From Ascidiella aspersa (Eukaryota), in assembly GCA_963924565.1 (NCBI GenBank), contig OZ004608.1:12276001-12340000 (forward strand): a stretch of 64,000 nucleotides of DNA, written 5' to 3'. Made by a program: the position numbers and the translations under genes. Within the stretch, counting starts at the first letter, position 1; the number at the start of each line of letters is the position of its first letter. Below are positions 13,351-28,300 of the stretch, piece by piece. The notes below the pieces were generated by a model. It saw only the letters and a list, made by a program, of their open reading frames with translations. It had not been told where the DNA came from and made no database searches.

Positions 13351-16300
13351 GATGAGATGTTGGCCGTTTCCGAGAAGATCGTAATGAGAATTGGCGACCT
13401 GGCCTCTTGGATCGTTGAGCCTCAGGAGTGGAACTACGGGAGCTCCTTGCTCATAACTCCGGTGCGTTGCTTTCCGCATTCTACTCGTAAAAATTTTTCG
13501 TAAAAATGTGACATTGGATTAAGATCAAAGATAGCCCGGGTCCGATTAGTTTTGATTTTCTGTAACACTTTTGTATTTTTTTAGCCTCCCAAAAACGGCG
13601 GTTCCACCTCACTCTCCAGCTCACCCTTGCACCGTTATTCGATGCTCCACTCTTGCGTCAACATGAATGACGTTAACGTCGAGAAGAAGGCGCTGCTATT
13701 GTCGAGTAAGTTTAACCATTGTGCTAATGTTGCAAGCGCTTCACTCATACCTCAAGAATTTGGCCGTGTTGCTTTTATGTACTCTATATTCTCGCGTGAG
13801 TCACCTTGTCCCTGTAAACCATTCATTCTATAGATCGTTCACCTTTCGCTTTAGGTCATAATTTTTCAGGAATATGTTTTAAAAAATATTTGTTTACTGT
13901 ATGAAGTTAACGACTATTAGTAACAAAGTCTCAAGGGATATCTAAGATAGAATATTTTGCCAGCAGAGTAAACTAAATATTGGTGAATTTCAATTTGAAC
14001 CGCAGTTTATCCAGGCTCAATACTGTTTTTTACATAGTCATCTATACTCCCTTCGTTTAACGATAAAATAATCAAGTTAATAAAGAAGATACAAAGATTT
14101 AAATCGGCCCGCCATTGCCAGGAACCCTACAGTAATCCAGCCCTTTATATTTCCTACAGCAGCTAACGGCCTGGTCAACCAGCCACAGTCCGCCGTCCTC
14201 AGCCCCGACAAGACCTCGTCGGCCCCGGTCCCAGACCTGGCGGCCTCCGGGGAAGCCCCGTCGCACCCACCCTGCTGCACGCCAAGGACTCACAAGGCCG
14301 AAGTGGTCATGCTGGGCATGAACGCCTATTGTCGGCACAAGACCATTCTCAAGCGCATGTCGCAGACGGACCGTGCCTGGATGGCCCGGCCCGGCGCCAG
14401 GGCCATTTTGGGCGCCCTCGGCGCCGTGACGTCAGAGAACTCGAAGGCGCGCGTCGTCTTTTGTCGCGACACCTTCGACTACCCGCAGCTATTCGAGCAC
14501 GACCTCATTTGCGAAGAGCTCGGTAAGAAATTGATTGTGCTGATTTCGGTTAAAAGTTTTACTTTACTAACAAAAAAAGTTTAAGCAACACATTTTCAGC
14601 CTAAATAGTATTAAAATACCGACTGATAAATTCGAGTGCTTACAAAAGCATTTTTCCAACGATGTCACTGTGACCATGAAAGCCAAAATAGCGAGCGTTT
14701 TCATTCGTGCAATCCCATAGTTGTTTAAAATATGTGGAAACGCGCACAGACGAGATTGCTTCCCTCAAAATAAGCCAGTCATCAAATTTCAGGTGATATT
14801 TGCATTTTGCCGATTTGTGACGCGCATATAACGCCGCATAATTTCGTCCAGCATAAACACCGAAAGGGTTATGATGGTGCAAACCCGCAGCCCTTTACTG
14901 TATTTCATAACCCGGAAAATGCTGAGCTTGCTTTCGCTTCGCCCGTCTTTTTTGCGGATAAGTGCTTCTGATAATAAACAGGTTCCTCCGCGCAAAACGA
15001 CGCCAAATCGCCGCTTTCCGGGCATCTAATTTTACCTGCAGTGTTTCCAGCCAAAACGCTTCGCTATTGGGCTTAGAACGGACGGCGTCGATTCATTGAC
15101 ATTTCTCGATATTTGGATCGCAAATAATCGGCCTGCAATCGCCATTTCACGTTTGTCACCGCCTTTGTAGTCGACCTTAACGGCCGACGCCTCCTGATCT
15201 GGCCTAATGCTCCGGGAATGCGAGTTGAAAAGCCCGCGGCCAGATCCTTATCGCGCCGATATACCTGGAATCGTGATATAACTTTTTTTTCGAAGGTCTT
15301 TTTCGTCGACTGAGAAAGTCAAGGTCGCAGCTATTTCGGGCGCGGCTCGAATTGCGCCTTGGCGGGTTTTCGGCGAACGCGAAACCGTCACCAGGGCAAT
15401 TTGTTTCGCTTTTCCGCGAATCGGACCGTTTAAGGCGAAAATTGGTTTTAAATTTGGCCGTCATATTTCCAAGCGTTCCCAACTGAACCTGGCTGGATTC
15501 TCGCTTTCTTGTATCGAGTTAAATTTGACTTCACGCAACACTGAAAACCGCAAACGCTATAGTCGGTATCAAGCAAACACTTCGTCGACTTTAGCGACTT
15601 AAAAGTGAAATATATATATATATGTTTTTTTTTTCAACTTTCTGAATTGGGATAACACAACTTCAATGCTTTATATCACCGCAACAGTCAATTACAGACC
15701 TATTTTTCCAGCCTATATAAAGCAAAATAATGATTAGATGCTGAGCGATTCATAAATCACTTATTTCTTGTTAAAGTCCCCAACACTACATACGACCACA
15801 CTGTAACCGCCGAGTAAATCACTTGTGCTTGTTAGATATCTCTCGCCAAATGTCTTTTCCAAGCATTTTTGATCTCTTTCAGCGACCCTATTTAAACTCA
15901 TCCTGAGCGTGGCCGATAAACAGTAGCTACTGAACCTCCGTCGATCGTCCTACGTCAGCGAGAATCGCTCTTTTGCACGTCGTGACGTCATAGTTGCGTA
16001 CGTGCGAATGTACGAGATCGTCGGAATAGCTTAGAGCTATATCAGTTTGATAAGCTCGTGCGGCTTCCGTGCTATTGCGAAATGGAGGACATAACAAATC
16101 GCGTCTCTCTCTATTAAATCTATAGGGCGCGTGTTCGAATCTCGCAGCAGCAAAAGTGCCTGTTTGTTGCCAAACAAAGACCTGGCGCACGACTTTTGTA
16201 GGTCGCGGCCCGAAAACGATGTTTGTGGTAAACAAATCCGAGTCGAAATGCCGACCTGTGCTTTCGCAATGTCTCCTTCTCACTCTGTGAAGCGGGCACG

Positions 16301-19300
16301 CGATGCCTCCGTGACAGCGCCCGGAAAAGGTCGACCTTGACAAACTGCGCGGGGTGGAATTCACCTTGTACGAGAATTTGAACGACCGCACTCGGCGCGT
16401 TAGATGTTTACGGCGTAAAACCCGGCCATTCCGCCTCGTTAATGGGGCGTAACTTAATTGTTGTAAACAATTGTTTTCTGTTGCATTCGCACGGTGATTC
16501 CCAACCAGGGTGCAGTTTCGAACGCTTAGGGCTGCGGAGAGACATTTTAAATACTTGTGGATATTATTTTTTGCTGAGCAAAGGCAGAAAAAATAGTTTT
16601 GGATATTAATTTTTGTTGAGCAAAGGCAGAAAAAATAGTTTTGGATATTAATTTTTGTTGAGCAAAGGCAGAAAAAATAGTTTTGGATATTAATTTTTGT
16701 TGAGCAAAGGCAAAAAAAAATGTTTTGGATATTAATTTTTGGTGAGCAAAGGCAGAAAAAATAGTTTTGGATATTAATTTTTGTTGAGCAAAGGCAGAGA
16801 AAAAATGTTTTGGATATTAATTTTTGTTGAGCATCTTTATACCTTTTTTGATGTATGATGGAAGTGCAAGCCATCCAGAGTGATTTCTCTTCCTTGTGTA
16901 AAGTTTTAGGTTGGTTCATTCGACATCCCAGAAAACACTTAATGCTAGTAAGGGTGTCGCGAACTATATGACTTTTATTAAGGGGGCCGTATGCCCCAAA
17001 AGGTTAAAAACCCATAACAAAACCGAAATGCCAAATAACAAAACGTCACTTATAGTGCGCACAAACATCGTGCATTACTTTAAATAACAGACCTAACCCT
17101 GGAAGGATTTTTCTAAAATAGATGACGTGCTTTACCGAAAGCCAAGTTGTTTTCCACGGAAGCGCTGGTAATACCGGATTGCGCTTTCCTTCACAGCAAA
17201 CGTGCAACATCGTGTAATGTTTTGTGATGGGCTATTTCGCTGACGGTGCATTACGCCCCGAGCACCAGTGGAAAGTTTTCAAGTCGATCGATGTGCTTGT
17301 TTTTGCTATTTGTTACCGATTTATGTGGTCGGTGTAATTCAAAGTATTATGCGCTAACAATCCTAACATGTTTGCTTCTGTTGCAGCTCCAGTGTTTAAA
17401 GGCCGGCCTCGGAAGAAAAACAAGAAAAACGGAGCCCTTAGCGCGAAAGGCGCCACCAAGAAAGTGACCAACGGCGCCAAGAGCATTTGCCGAGCCGCCG
17501 ACAGTCCCGTCGATTTGGCTAAGGTGAGTCCGTGTTCTCGGCGTTTGAACTCTCGTTTTTTAACGCGGTCCAATAAACTTGTAAGCAAAGCGTACTCTGA
17601 CGTAGGCAGTTGCAATTTGACGCTGGCGCGGCGCTTTCTCCCCGGACAGTTTCCGGCGAATGCGCACCCCGAAAGCCGCTTCTCCGTCGCGAAAATTCGT
17701 CTTCGATTTGTAGTGACGCGCGTGTTTCGCGATACAATCGGCAACGCGAGGGAAAAATGTCCGCGGGAAATTAGGAAAACCCTCTCGCGAAAAACAACAC
17801 GCCCGACCAAATACTGTTGACTTTTGCCTTACATATCGGACCCGACTTCTTCGCTCCGGGCGCTCGTATATCTATGTGTAATATTGTCCACCAAATACGG
17901 GCGCCGTGTTTTGAGAGCAGGCGGCGCTACGACACTCGGTGGTTTCTCTATGCGATTGGCTTGCGCATCTGCGGCAGCATGAGACTGGAATTCGTGCGCC
18001 CGGTCGCGCCGTTAAACATTCGCTTTTGCGTATTCGATGCAACTTTTGTGTATTCCGTGCGATTTTCCAAGTTTTAGTACTGCCTTTTATTTTTTCATTT
18101 GAAGTTGTGACGCACTTCGCTCAAACGCTGGTCTCGCCTCGTTATAAAACTCCTTGTTTGTTTGTATTTCTTGGAACTGAATACGCCATTCAAGTGTTCC
18201 GCAACATTCGATTTAAAAGTTTGGCGAATTTGGAAGTAAAAAATACCTCAAGACTACTTTTCACTCGAGGAGCGATCAGCATTACGCTGAACTCCGTCAT
18301 ATTGTCACAGTATTTCGTGGTAAGACCAAGAGCGCTATCTCAGTACACGGGCTTCGTTTACAAAGATAATAAGCAGTTTAAATTTCAAGGTTTTCAATTC
18401 CGTACATCCTAAAGCCACATTTAGCGTTTTATGCCCGTGGGCAGCGACAGCTTAGCGGCTTAAATTTACCCTGGCGAGCGGAAAATAGTTTCTCGTTAGA
18501 ATTTGCTTACTTTACACAGTCTTAGCGCCCTTCCTCTCCCGATACCGTTGTTACGGTAATCCATATTCGGATAAAAAGCTTCTCGTTCAAGCACTGGCGC
18601 CGTCAAACCTGTTTTCCACGAACACATACCTTCAGCTGTTAAATATAACTTCTACCAATATATACATAGAGAGAGAGAGCTTACTGTTATTTCGTCTCGT
18701 GTATAACTTAAATAGTCGTTAGGATGCTAACCAAGCTGTAATAAATTTGTAAATATTCTTAAGGTATTTTTTTAACGTACTAAACGAATACGTACGATAA
18801 ACTCTTTATGAATTAGTTTTGGCGGAATTTATATATCGACCATAGTTTGTGCTTGCATTGTCGCTCAGTTTTAATGCGACGGCGCTAAAATTACGTCCCG
18901 GTCTATTTTTACACATAACCTCTCGAACCTGTCGAATTGGGACACGTTCCTTTACTGAACGCATGCAATCAATTAAAATCGCCCTCTCGAAAGGGGAAAG
19001 TTCCCGTAACCTTCCATTCGAAAGGTAAAGGCGCTTATTTCTTCGCGATCGCCAAGTTCTTCCACGTTATCGGTGTCGGCTCCTCGCTCGCGCCACTTAA
19101 TACGGCCGACATTTCGGCTCGGTCACGTTTACACGCCTAATCCTCGGCCTTGGCCGCTTCCGAGAATTCGCAATTTCGAACTCACGACGAGGCTTTCTCC
19201 ACACGCGCGCCCGCCCGCCGTACCAAGGCCCCGGCCCGCTTGTCACTCAACGGCAGAGGCCGAAGTACTTGGATTTCAGACCGCTGGTTGCTGATTTGCG

Positions 19301-22300
19301 CGCGCAAAAAAGGTTCGCCTGTTTAATCATGTTCGACGCATCTAACGCGACATACGTCTTTTGCTGTTTTGCGAAAGAGCGCGCGATCGCTGTTTGCGCG
19401 GCTAGACTAGTAATTATTGGAATTAGGTAATCTGTTTTAATGTATTCTATTGAGTTTAAAGCACAGCTGACTTGAATTGGGCCCCTTGCTGTACCGGGGC
19501 CATGTCAAGGATGTAGTTTTTTTCGTTCGACAGTTGCTTGTGTGTGCTTATCTTAAAGCCCGGCAAATATAACTCACTTTATTAAGACGTACATCCGGGT
19601 CGTATTAGCGCTTGTCTGGCACCTAGGGTTTCATTTCCCCGTTGTAGAAGCGTTTGAGAACAATTTAAGACCCGACTAACTACGGCCCTCATTTCGTGAA
19701 TCGAACGCGACTCAGCGCGATTCGAGTCTTCCCCGAATTCGATTTGCCTCTCGCGGTTTTCTCGGAAAGGAATCTCACTCTTGGCTTTTTCGAGAGCCTA
19801 CTTCCCATAATTTCCTCGTCTCCGCCAGCGCCTTCTCCCTTCAACAACACCGCACTCTCTCTGGTTCTTCTCCCAAACGCATTTTCTCGCCTTCTCTCCG
19901 TTACTCGCCCGTTTAGCGAAGGCCATCAACGTCGTTCGCCTTTTTTCACTGTGGAAGCAAAATAACGTTTCCGATCAGCTCACATCGGAAGTTGGCGCCG
20001 CCTTTTGTTTTGCTTAGCTCAGCTGGATTTTTTTGTCACTTGCCATTGAGGGACTGTGGCAATTCCTGCGGCGCATGCTTAGGCGTTTTGGTTTGCAGGT
20101 TTTGTGTGATTTCGGTATCACGTTCTACTACACGATTTATCTTTTTAAGCGAGGGACGTTCATCGTCAACAATTTAACCTTTTCGCTATTTTTTTTCAAG
20201 TTTAACAGCATTTAAAAAACGATCGCTAAAAACTAAAATGACGTTGTTTTGACTGTTTTATTTCCTGTATCTGAATCCAGAGCGTTTTATTTTTGACGAA
20301 ATAGTGAAACTTTAAATTTAGTAGAGTCAAGTGTATCAGCGTAACATCCACTTTACAATCGGGTTGTAGTCAAACGCCTGGTATAATAATTTACCTTTGT
20401 GTATGTTGTTCCGATAATCAGGTAAGCCACGGTTGTACAGTGTGCAATACATAACATGTAGTTTCCCTTCCAATGCCGGGAAGCGCTGACTAATTGTGAT
20501 TGTTTGCCCGCCGCGCCCGTCCGTGCGTCAAAATCCGAAAACACGCCGCCATTGTTTTTCGACGATTCCGCTGAATATGCAAAATTTCGGTCGTGCGACC
20601 GTTTGCGAAACGACCAGATATAAAATCGCAGCGGAAATTAGGGGACAGTGCAATTGGGATGGTTTAACGCGCGCCCCGCCCCCATACAGATTCACGTTTA
20701 TTGTCAGGTCGCTTCCCAGCAGCTATTTGACCTGTTCAAAATATCATTGACGCTCGTTTAGTTTCGACGCGCCTATATATCAACGACGCCGCTTCGGCCA
20801 ACGAAAGCCCACGTCAAACGGCAACATTTGCTCGCGGCAGCAGCAGAGTCGGGAGCGGCGGCGCGCATTGCTCCTTCCGCTCGGCGGCGGGCGCGAAGAA
20901 AACCGCGCACAAGAGCGGCTCGCGCGACATGCGCCAGACACACAGCAGTAGTAGTAGTAGTTCGCTAATCGGTCGTTTCATTTGCGCAGCACGAGACAGA
21001 CGCCAGCACCCCGACTCGACGTAGCAGCGGGCGCCGACGCAGCAAGCGCAAAAGCCCGCAGAACCTCGCATACGAGGACCAGTACCTGCCCAGCTTGGCG
21101 CGCTCGTCCAAGCGAACGCGACGCACTTCCGCCCGGACGCCGACTCCAGTGAGCGAGGCCGGCGGGGAAAAGGAGACCAGCTCGCTGTCGCCGGATTTAG
21201 CCTCTTCCGATGCTGGACGCGGATACATCACCGCAGCAACAGTGGCCCAGACGATAGATGTTGTCGCTCAGTCCACAGCCGTCGACAGCCTAGTGGGAAG
21301 AAAGAAGGGAAAAGGCAACAAGCGTGCGCGACGCCGCAGATCGTCGGCCACCGCGCTGGACATCGCCATCAAGAACAGTCTGCTCATCAACCACAAGCCA
21401 ACTTCCTGGAGCGCCGAAGTCGAGAGCCTAGCAAGCCGGAAAACTCCGTCTGGATCCGCAAACTCGTCACGAAGCTCGAGTCCGTCCACGGAGCTGCTGT
21501 TGCCCGGCAACCAGTCGTCACCCAAGGCTACGTCACCGGCCGGATCGTCGGCGTCTTCGGCGCCGCCAAACGCCTATGCGTCATCGTCATCGGCCGCCTC
21601 ATCCCCTGTGGACTTCGCGCCCCTGACTTACTCTGCAGACGAACAGGACAAGCCTCAGCGTGCTAGCAGTGCGTCGCCGAGCCCAGGCACCGACCTGCTC
21701 TTGCACGGACTCATGGACGACCGGATCCCGGAGAACAAGTCGACCTTCCTCGATAAGCTCTACCAGTTCATGCGCAAGCGCAACACGCCCATCGGAAGGA
21801 TCCCCTCGCTCGGCTTTAAGAAATGTAAGTTTTGAGAGTTTTTGTTTAGATTTACATGCAAGTGTGTGTGCTGGGTTGTGGACAGCTTAAAGGTGCTAAA
21901 TCGGTTGAGCTACATTTTTTTGTAATTTTGATTGTGTCTATATGAGAAAGCTTTTGTTTTTAAATCCGAATTTGACATTGGAATTCTAGTAGGCGTTCGA
22001 CATCTATAGGTTTAGATAGACAGAATGCTATTAGTTTTTGGATATATACTGTAGAGGAATAATTTGCAAATAATGTTGGCCATAGTTAGTCGAAGGTCAT
22101 ACCGCTCTATTTCACTGTTTGTTTTGCAGGTTTGAGTTATCTTTGTGGGTAAAATCGAGCAGTGTTAGTATTTGTCTATAACAAACTTCGTTGAACGGTT
22201 TGCCTTCAAGGTGTTGACTTTAAACCGCATTAAGTCGGCTTGTAACCGATTGCGGTTTAAATGACCAGGCAAAAAATTCGCCGTCGGCAAATAATCCCGT

Positions 22301-25300
22301 GGCTTAAGTCGTCGACCGCATTCAGCGCCTCGATTTACATGCAAATCTTCACGCCGCCGAGCGGCCAGCAACGAAAACAACCAATTCCTCTTAACCCGTA
22401 TCACGGCTTAACTTGGAAAGTTCGACGGCCCCTTTGCTCTTCCGCCGCCATTTTTGTTTTACCTGTTATCCTTGGCTGTTCGTGACCCGGTTCTGTGTCG
22501 GGCTTGTTTGGCCCAAAACAGCGCCCCCGCCACGTTTCTGCCGGGCCAAAAAGGGCGCGGAAATAAATGTGATGTTGCGTCGTTTTGGCTGATCCAGCAT
22601 CACATTTGTGGAACTTCGCGGAAACGCGCGGCGAAACGTCGAAATGGAAATTGCGCGATTGTGACCGTGGCTTTCGCGGAAAGGCGAACGCGTCCAATTG
22701 GCGCGTCGCGTTACGCCGTTCGAATTCCCGTAATCTGGCCGTCACAGACACAAAGCGCCTTTCTACGAGTAAGGGAAAATCGCAATCATGCAATCGCTTT
22801 TGCATTAAAGCTTCTGTACTGGCCTGTGCGATTCGCACGGTGCCTGCTGTAGACTTCCCATTCAGCGTCACCCGATTGGTATTCATGCTTCGTGTTGATG
22901 CGCGGTTTCGAAAGAGTGGCGCGTTCACATTAAACGGCGCACCACTTCGAACCAAGGGGAAGTGCTGTAATGGCATCACTATTTACTGTTGCTGACGATA
23001 GTTTCGCTGTAATTGGAGAACTTGCTTGACATCGAACGAAATGTTACACGCTGAAGCCAGCGTTTTCACCCTTAATGCGAACACTGATCGTGTTTTTTTG
23101 TTTTTTTCATTATGTACAGCATTTAGAAACTGTCTGAAAGTAAATTATTGAATATAAAATATATAGATATTGAGACTCTTAAAGTGTAAGAAATCTAATC
23201 TTTAAATTCGAATGTTTTAAAAAGAAAAAGCATTAGTAGTTAATGTATTCAATACAATCCCTAAACCACCTGAATATTGCGGTATCTACCAACCAAAATT
23301 AGGAATTAAAGCTGATAAAATTAAAAAACAATTTTTAACATAAAATCAAATAGTCTTGATATACTATTGTTTGTGCCGTGTAAAGTGTAGACCAAATATC
23401 GCGTAGAGTCTGCGATTGCGACATTAGAACAATAGAGTTTCCGCATCTGTGACAAAGCAATCCAGTCTTCGCTGTTTGTTGTGATAACTTTTTCACCGTC
23501 CCACATATTCGATTAAAAATTCGGCCGTCACCCGCGGACCAGTCGTAGACAGAATAAAACAAATATCAGCAGCTGCAGCGGCAAAACGAGAAAACGGAAG
23601 TGTTCGACTGAACTCAACCCGCGACTGGATATTTTAACAGCTTGTTAACAGCTTGGTGCGATCACTTTGGAAAACAGCTTTTTCCAACACTCGTAAAAAA
23701 AAGACGCGATTGTGTTCATTTTGTTTCGATAAGCGGCTTGTCTCTTCCCAAACCAAATCGAAAACAGTCTTCAAAAAAATTTCCAACACTTCAAAAAAGT
23801 TCGAGTCGAGTTGGAAAAACGCGTGATTGTGTTTTTTTCCTAAGCGGCTCGTCTCCGCCCAAACTGAATCCACGACCGAGTGAACTTGTTACTATACACG
23901 ACTTGTGTGGGGTACCAGTTTTATTTCGTGTGTGGTTGGTTCCCGCTCCGCCCACACCGTTTACTTCCTTGCTTGCATCACGCAAACAACATCCGCGCGT
24001 TTCGACGACGAAAACTATTTTTCTCGCGTTTGCGCGAATTTGGCGAGTGATACATCGAACTCGAAACCGGCTTGTTGGGCGCCATTCGAGCCGAAAACGA
24101 CACTATGCCAGTCTAGTTATTAATATTAATGTCAACTCTGCCAGCGCTTCCCATATCCAATTCCAGTTATTCGGCAGCGCCGCACAACAACGGGATACGC
24201 CACATCGCGTCATTGTTTTTGTCTGGCGTTCTCAGGAGCGCCGTTAGCCGCGATAAAGCATGTAAATTGCAATTCCGCTGATGTTTTCTAAAAAAAGCGC
24301 CAGCTATCCATCACCGCAAACGCGCTCTTTCCACGAATTGACTTGGTCAATTTGAAAACGCTTGTAATTTCTCGTTTTTTTGGCATAATAACACTAGACA
24401 CTATAGGAGTTTCCTTTATATGCAGTGTAATGCAGTATAATTACTTAATACCAATTGTCTTCAAGTTCGGTGTGACTGTTGTTCTGCCAACGTCAATTGC
24501 TTCATTTAGCTGTTAAGCGTAATTTGTGTTGGACTACATTTGTTATCAAGCCACTAATCGTTACTTTTTATTTTTGCAGTGGATCTCTGGGCTTTCTTCA
24601 AACTCTCGCAAGAATACGGCGGCTACGATATGGTAGGTAACATTTTTTTGCTGTAGCGCACCGCTGTAATTTTAGTCAAATACAGTAAAACGACAATCCC
24701 CCACCCCCCAATGTTTCTTTGAGATTCAAGTTGCGTCAAATTTATCTGATTCTCGATAAGATTTAGCGGAGTCCCTCCTATCATCAGCCAACATCGTCAT
24801 TTTATGACGTTACGTACGCTATCGTTTATCTTTGCGATAATTTTTCGGCGACGTGGGCATTTTACTATCATTCGACAATCCTACCGATATCATTACCAGT
24901 GGTCCACCATCTCACAGAGCGCCACGTTACTCGATATTAAATCGCGCTAGGAAAATTTGTTAAGCGATAAATCATTGGATCTTTAATGCTGTATGTTTAC
25001 ATGTGTGCCTCTATAGTGCAATAGCCAATAACGATACTCTTGTATTTCTGCAGGTGACCGCCAAGAGACTGTGGAAGCACGTCTACGACCGCATGGGGGG
25101 AAACCCCTCCTGTACCAGCGCCGCCACTTGCACTAGAAAACACTTTGAAAAGTAAGTTACCCAAAGACGCCTTTCTAAAAATGCAACCGGTAAAGTGTCA
25201 TGTTTTTATTCAAGAATGAACAATAATTAAACCCTATTACGCGGCAAAGCTTGCTGGCGGTGCGCCTTTGTAATACTGTACAATTGTGTAATGGGTCGGG

Positions 25301-28300
25301 AAAACGCCTGCGACCTACGAATTCCCGATCCTAACCTATTGTTTGCCGGCGCCGCAATTCTGGCGTCGGGCTGCGTTTGATACAAAGGCGGCGCCGATTT
25401 AAAGGTATATTTAACATTGTAATTACCGGAAAGTTTGGTTCCGAAATCGCCTCGTCACGTTTCGCCCGCCAGTTTGCCAGATCGCTGTTTTTCGACATGT
25501 TTCCGCGACCGCTTTACTCTGTTTACGCTGCACGGACGCGCTGCGTTTCGCCGCCATCAGCTCTTTAAGCGCATTACGTTCAACAAATAAATGTTGAAGA
25601 TCGCGTTTTTGAATTAGCCGCTAAACCAAAGTGTTGAAATAATTTTTTTTTTTTTTTTTTTTTTTTTCAGTTTGCAGACGTGGGACATTTTTTAAATGAA
25701 AGTGTGAAAAACTTAAATAAAAGCGTTCAAAACTTTAAGTTAAATTCGTTTGGTTGGCCTTCCAACATTGACAGTTTAAAACGCCAAATACAAACGTTTG
25801 AAACCAACAATTATTTCCTCGCCTTTTTTTAACTTTCGTCTAAACTGAGCTATAGTTTGTTCAGAATGGACTTTAACTTAACAAAAGCCAAAAATGATGG
25901 TCCGGGTTGGGCATGTAAATACTGTACAACGGGTAGCAGACCACAAACTACTCGGAACTCAAAATCGTGTTTAGATTAATATTTTATTAAGCACTTAAAA
26001 TTTCGATTAATTAATATTTTTTTAGGCACTTAAAATCTCGGTTTGATTAACACTTTACTAAGCAACCAAAATCTCGGTGGCTTATTATTTCTAAATCGCT
26101 GTTTGGCATTCCAAATACGAAATGGGCATCGAGCACTCAAAATGTCGGAAAAAACTAATACGATCTTTACCCCGATCCGCGCAGGCTTCTTCTTCCATTC
26201 GAAATGCACCTGCGCCAGCAACTGCGCATCACCAAGGAGCCGGAAGCCAAGGAGAAGCGAAGCGGCGGAAGTGACGACTCGGTGCTGGGAAGCGCAAACT
26301 CCGAGGTGAGCGGTGACTCAAGCGTCGGGCTCTGTGTTGTTTTCGCGCTTCTGTTGTCGAGATCCGCTTTGCGATTTTTTAACACGCGTTGCTACGTCGG
26401 CTTCTTGCTGCTGTGGCCGGTTCGTGGCGGGTTGGCAAACGTTTTTCTAGTCACGGGACAAAATCAACCTCAGAAGCGTTTCTGCGGGCGGTAATAAATT
26501 TTACCTGACAATTATGCATTCAGATGGAATCAATGGCGAAACTTCTGTTGTTAATGGCTCCAATCCAGTGTAGACATGGCACCTTTAGGCTGGGAAATTT
26601 TCACAATTACCTATAATTCAAATAGCAAAAGAAATATGAGAAATGTCCTTTTACCCATTTCGTAAAAGAGGTGACGGGCCGGAGGATTTGCATTAGCGGG
26701 TCTGATTTGGCTCGCGGGCCGTAGGTTGCCCACCCCTAACCTAAATCATTGTTCGCTGCTTGTAGAACTTTTTTATTTGAAGTGTTTTACGTTTTTTTGA
26801 TGTTTTTGGTGCTGCAAATGGATTTATCGTCCACAGCAGCCAAAGTGAAATCTGCCCGTGTATAGAGTAGCACTGCTTGGGCAAGACTTGATTTGTCAAG
26901 CTACTCGAGATAAAGTGCACCAAAAAATCAGATTTGGCACAAAGCTGTGCTCCAGATCTCACATGCTGCGTCACGTTTGTCGTATCGCATCTATGCCTCC
27001 GATATTTTAATCTCGAAATCTTCAGATAGAAGCTTATAGGGTTTACCCTTTTCGCCGTAAAAGTTTCGCTTCCGGGAAAAGCGCATCTTATGGAACCGCT
27101 TTGGGACGTATATGGCCGTTCGTCGAGGTTCAACTAGGCGAAATCAGAGCCTGACATTTTCAAACTGGCCGCGTCCTTGCTGATATCATGAAGTCAATTT
27201 TCGAAGGTTGTTTGTGCGAAGTATAACACAGCTGGCTGCAGACGCAGTCGCCAAAAATTCGTGTCGGCTGACCGTCGCCGATAACAGCAGCCGCGATGCA
27301 CCAGCGATATCTTTAAAGTAGGCCGTTGTCGGAATCCGCGCGCACTTCGAGTAGCAAATCGGATTTGGCGGCGATTCGAGTCGCCTTTTCGCGCCGAACG
27401 CCGATACGATCGACTTTTGCTCGAATGCGGTCGCTTCGTGTCGACGGCCGGTTAAAAATAGCCGCAGCTCGGCCAGATTAGCATCGGACGTCGCTTCTGC
27501 GAAACGCTACCAAGTTCCGACACTTTTCGTGACCAATTATACTCTTGCCCGCATTTGTCGCAAATCGGCTCGCCGGCGCGCGTCTAAGAGGAAAAGGCAC
27601 CCCGATTGAATAGCCCAAAAGTTCGCCCACATTTATAAGTCAAATAACGTCGATGGTTGCAGAACTGTAGCGACTCGGTTACACGAAAAATCGCGACGAT
27701 TTGGTCGCCGCGAATGAAAAATAATTCGCCCGGTTCTGAATAGAGTTTGTCAGTTTTAATGCGAAGCGTTTTTGTTGTGTTGTTCATCCTGCTACGGATT
27801 GTTTTCTGTAATTGGCGTTGAACCGGATGGGAGGAAATTGAGCATTTTTCACGTTGTAGAATGTATGCATTGCGAGAGTCAACAGTAACACTCGAGTCTA
27901 TTTCTTCAATGTTAGAAGCCCATTATAGGCTGTAATGTCAACATCAGACATTTTAGTATTTTATAATGTTTTAAATACCCCCTATAGCTTTACAAATAGT
28001 GTTTACTATTTTTTAATTCGCTGTACCTCGCAGTATTATAAAACTGTTTGTCGTTGCAGATATTAAACGGAAAAGAGAACACAATCACACAGCGGACTTA
28101 CAACGGCGACGCCTACTTCATAAATGGAGCAAAGACCAAACTCTCCTCAACCACCAACACCACCTCTTCCATATTGGAAGACACCGACCACAGTGTTACG
28201 TCACAGGCAAAGACCAACGGTTTCCATGATAACCTGATAAAAACCACTTCCGCATCCTCCGTCGAAAATCTTCCCACGCCGCTCCCGAAAGTGGCGCGCC

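Noticed and set aside
15927-16919. 330-aa minus-strand ORF with 14-aa Cys-containing repeats
   Set aside because: Explained by a stop-free 42-bp minisatellite in an ARID5B intron. No coding-like sequence outside the repeat.
20770-20990. TATATA plus ATG at 20929 as another ARID5B start
   Set aside because: The ATG is out of frame with the exon and soon reaches a stop. The acceptor at 20989 explains the exon.
22401-24247. 130-200 aa ORFs in an ARID5B intron
   Set aside because: Arg/Ala-rich chance ORFs in CpG-rich non-coding DNA, with no recognisable domains or consistent splice phases.
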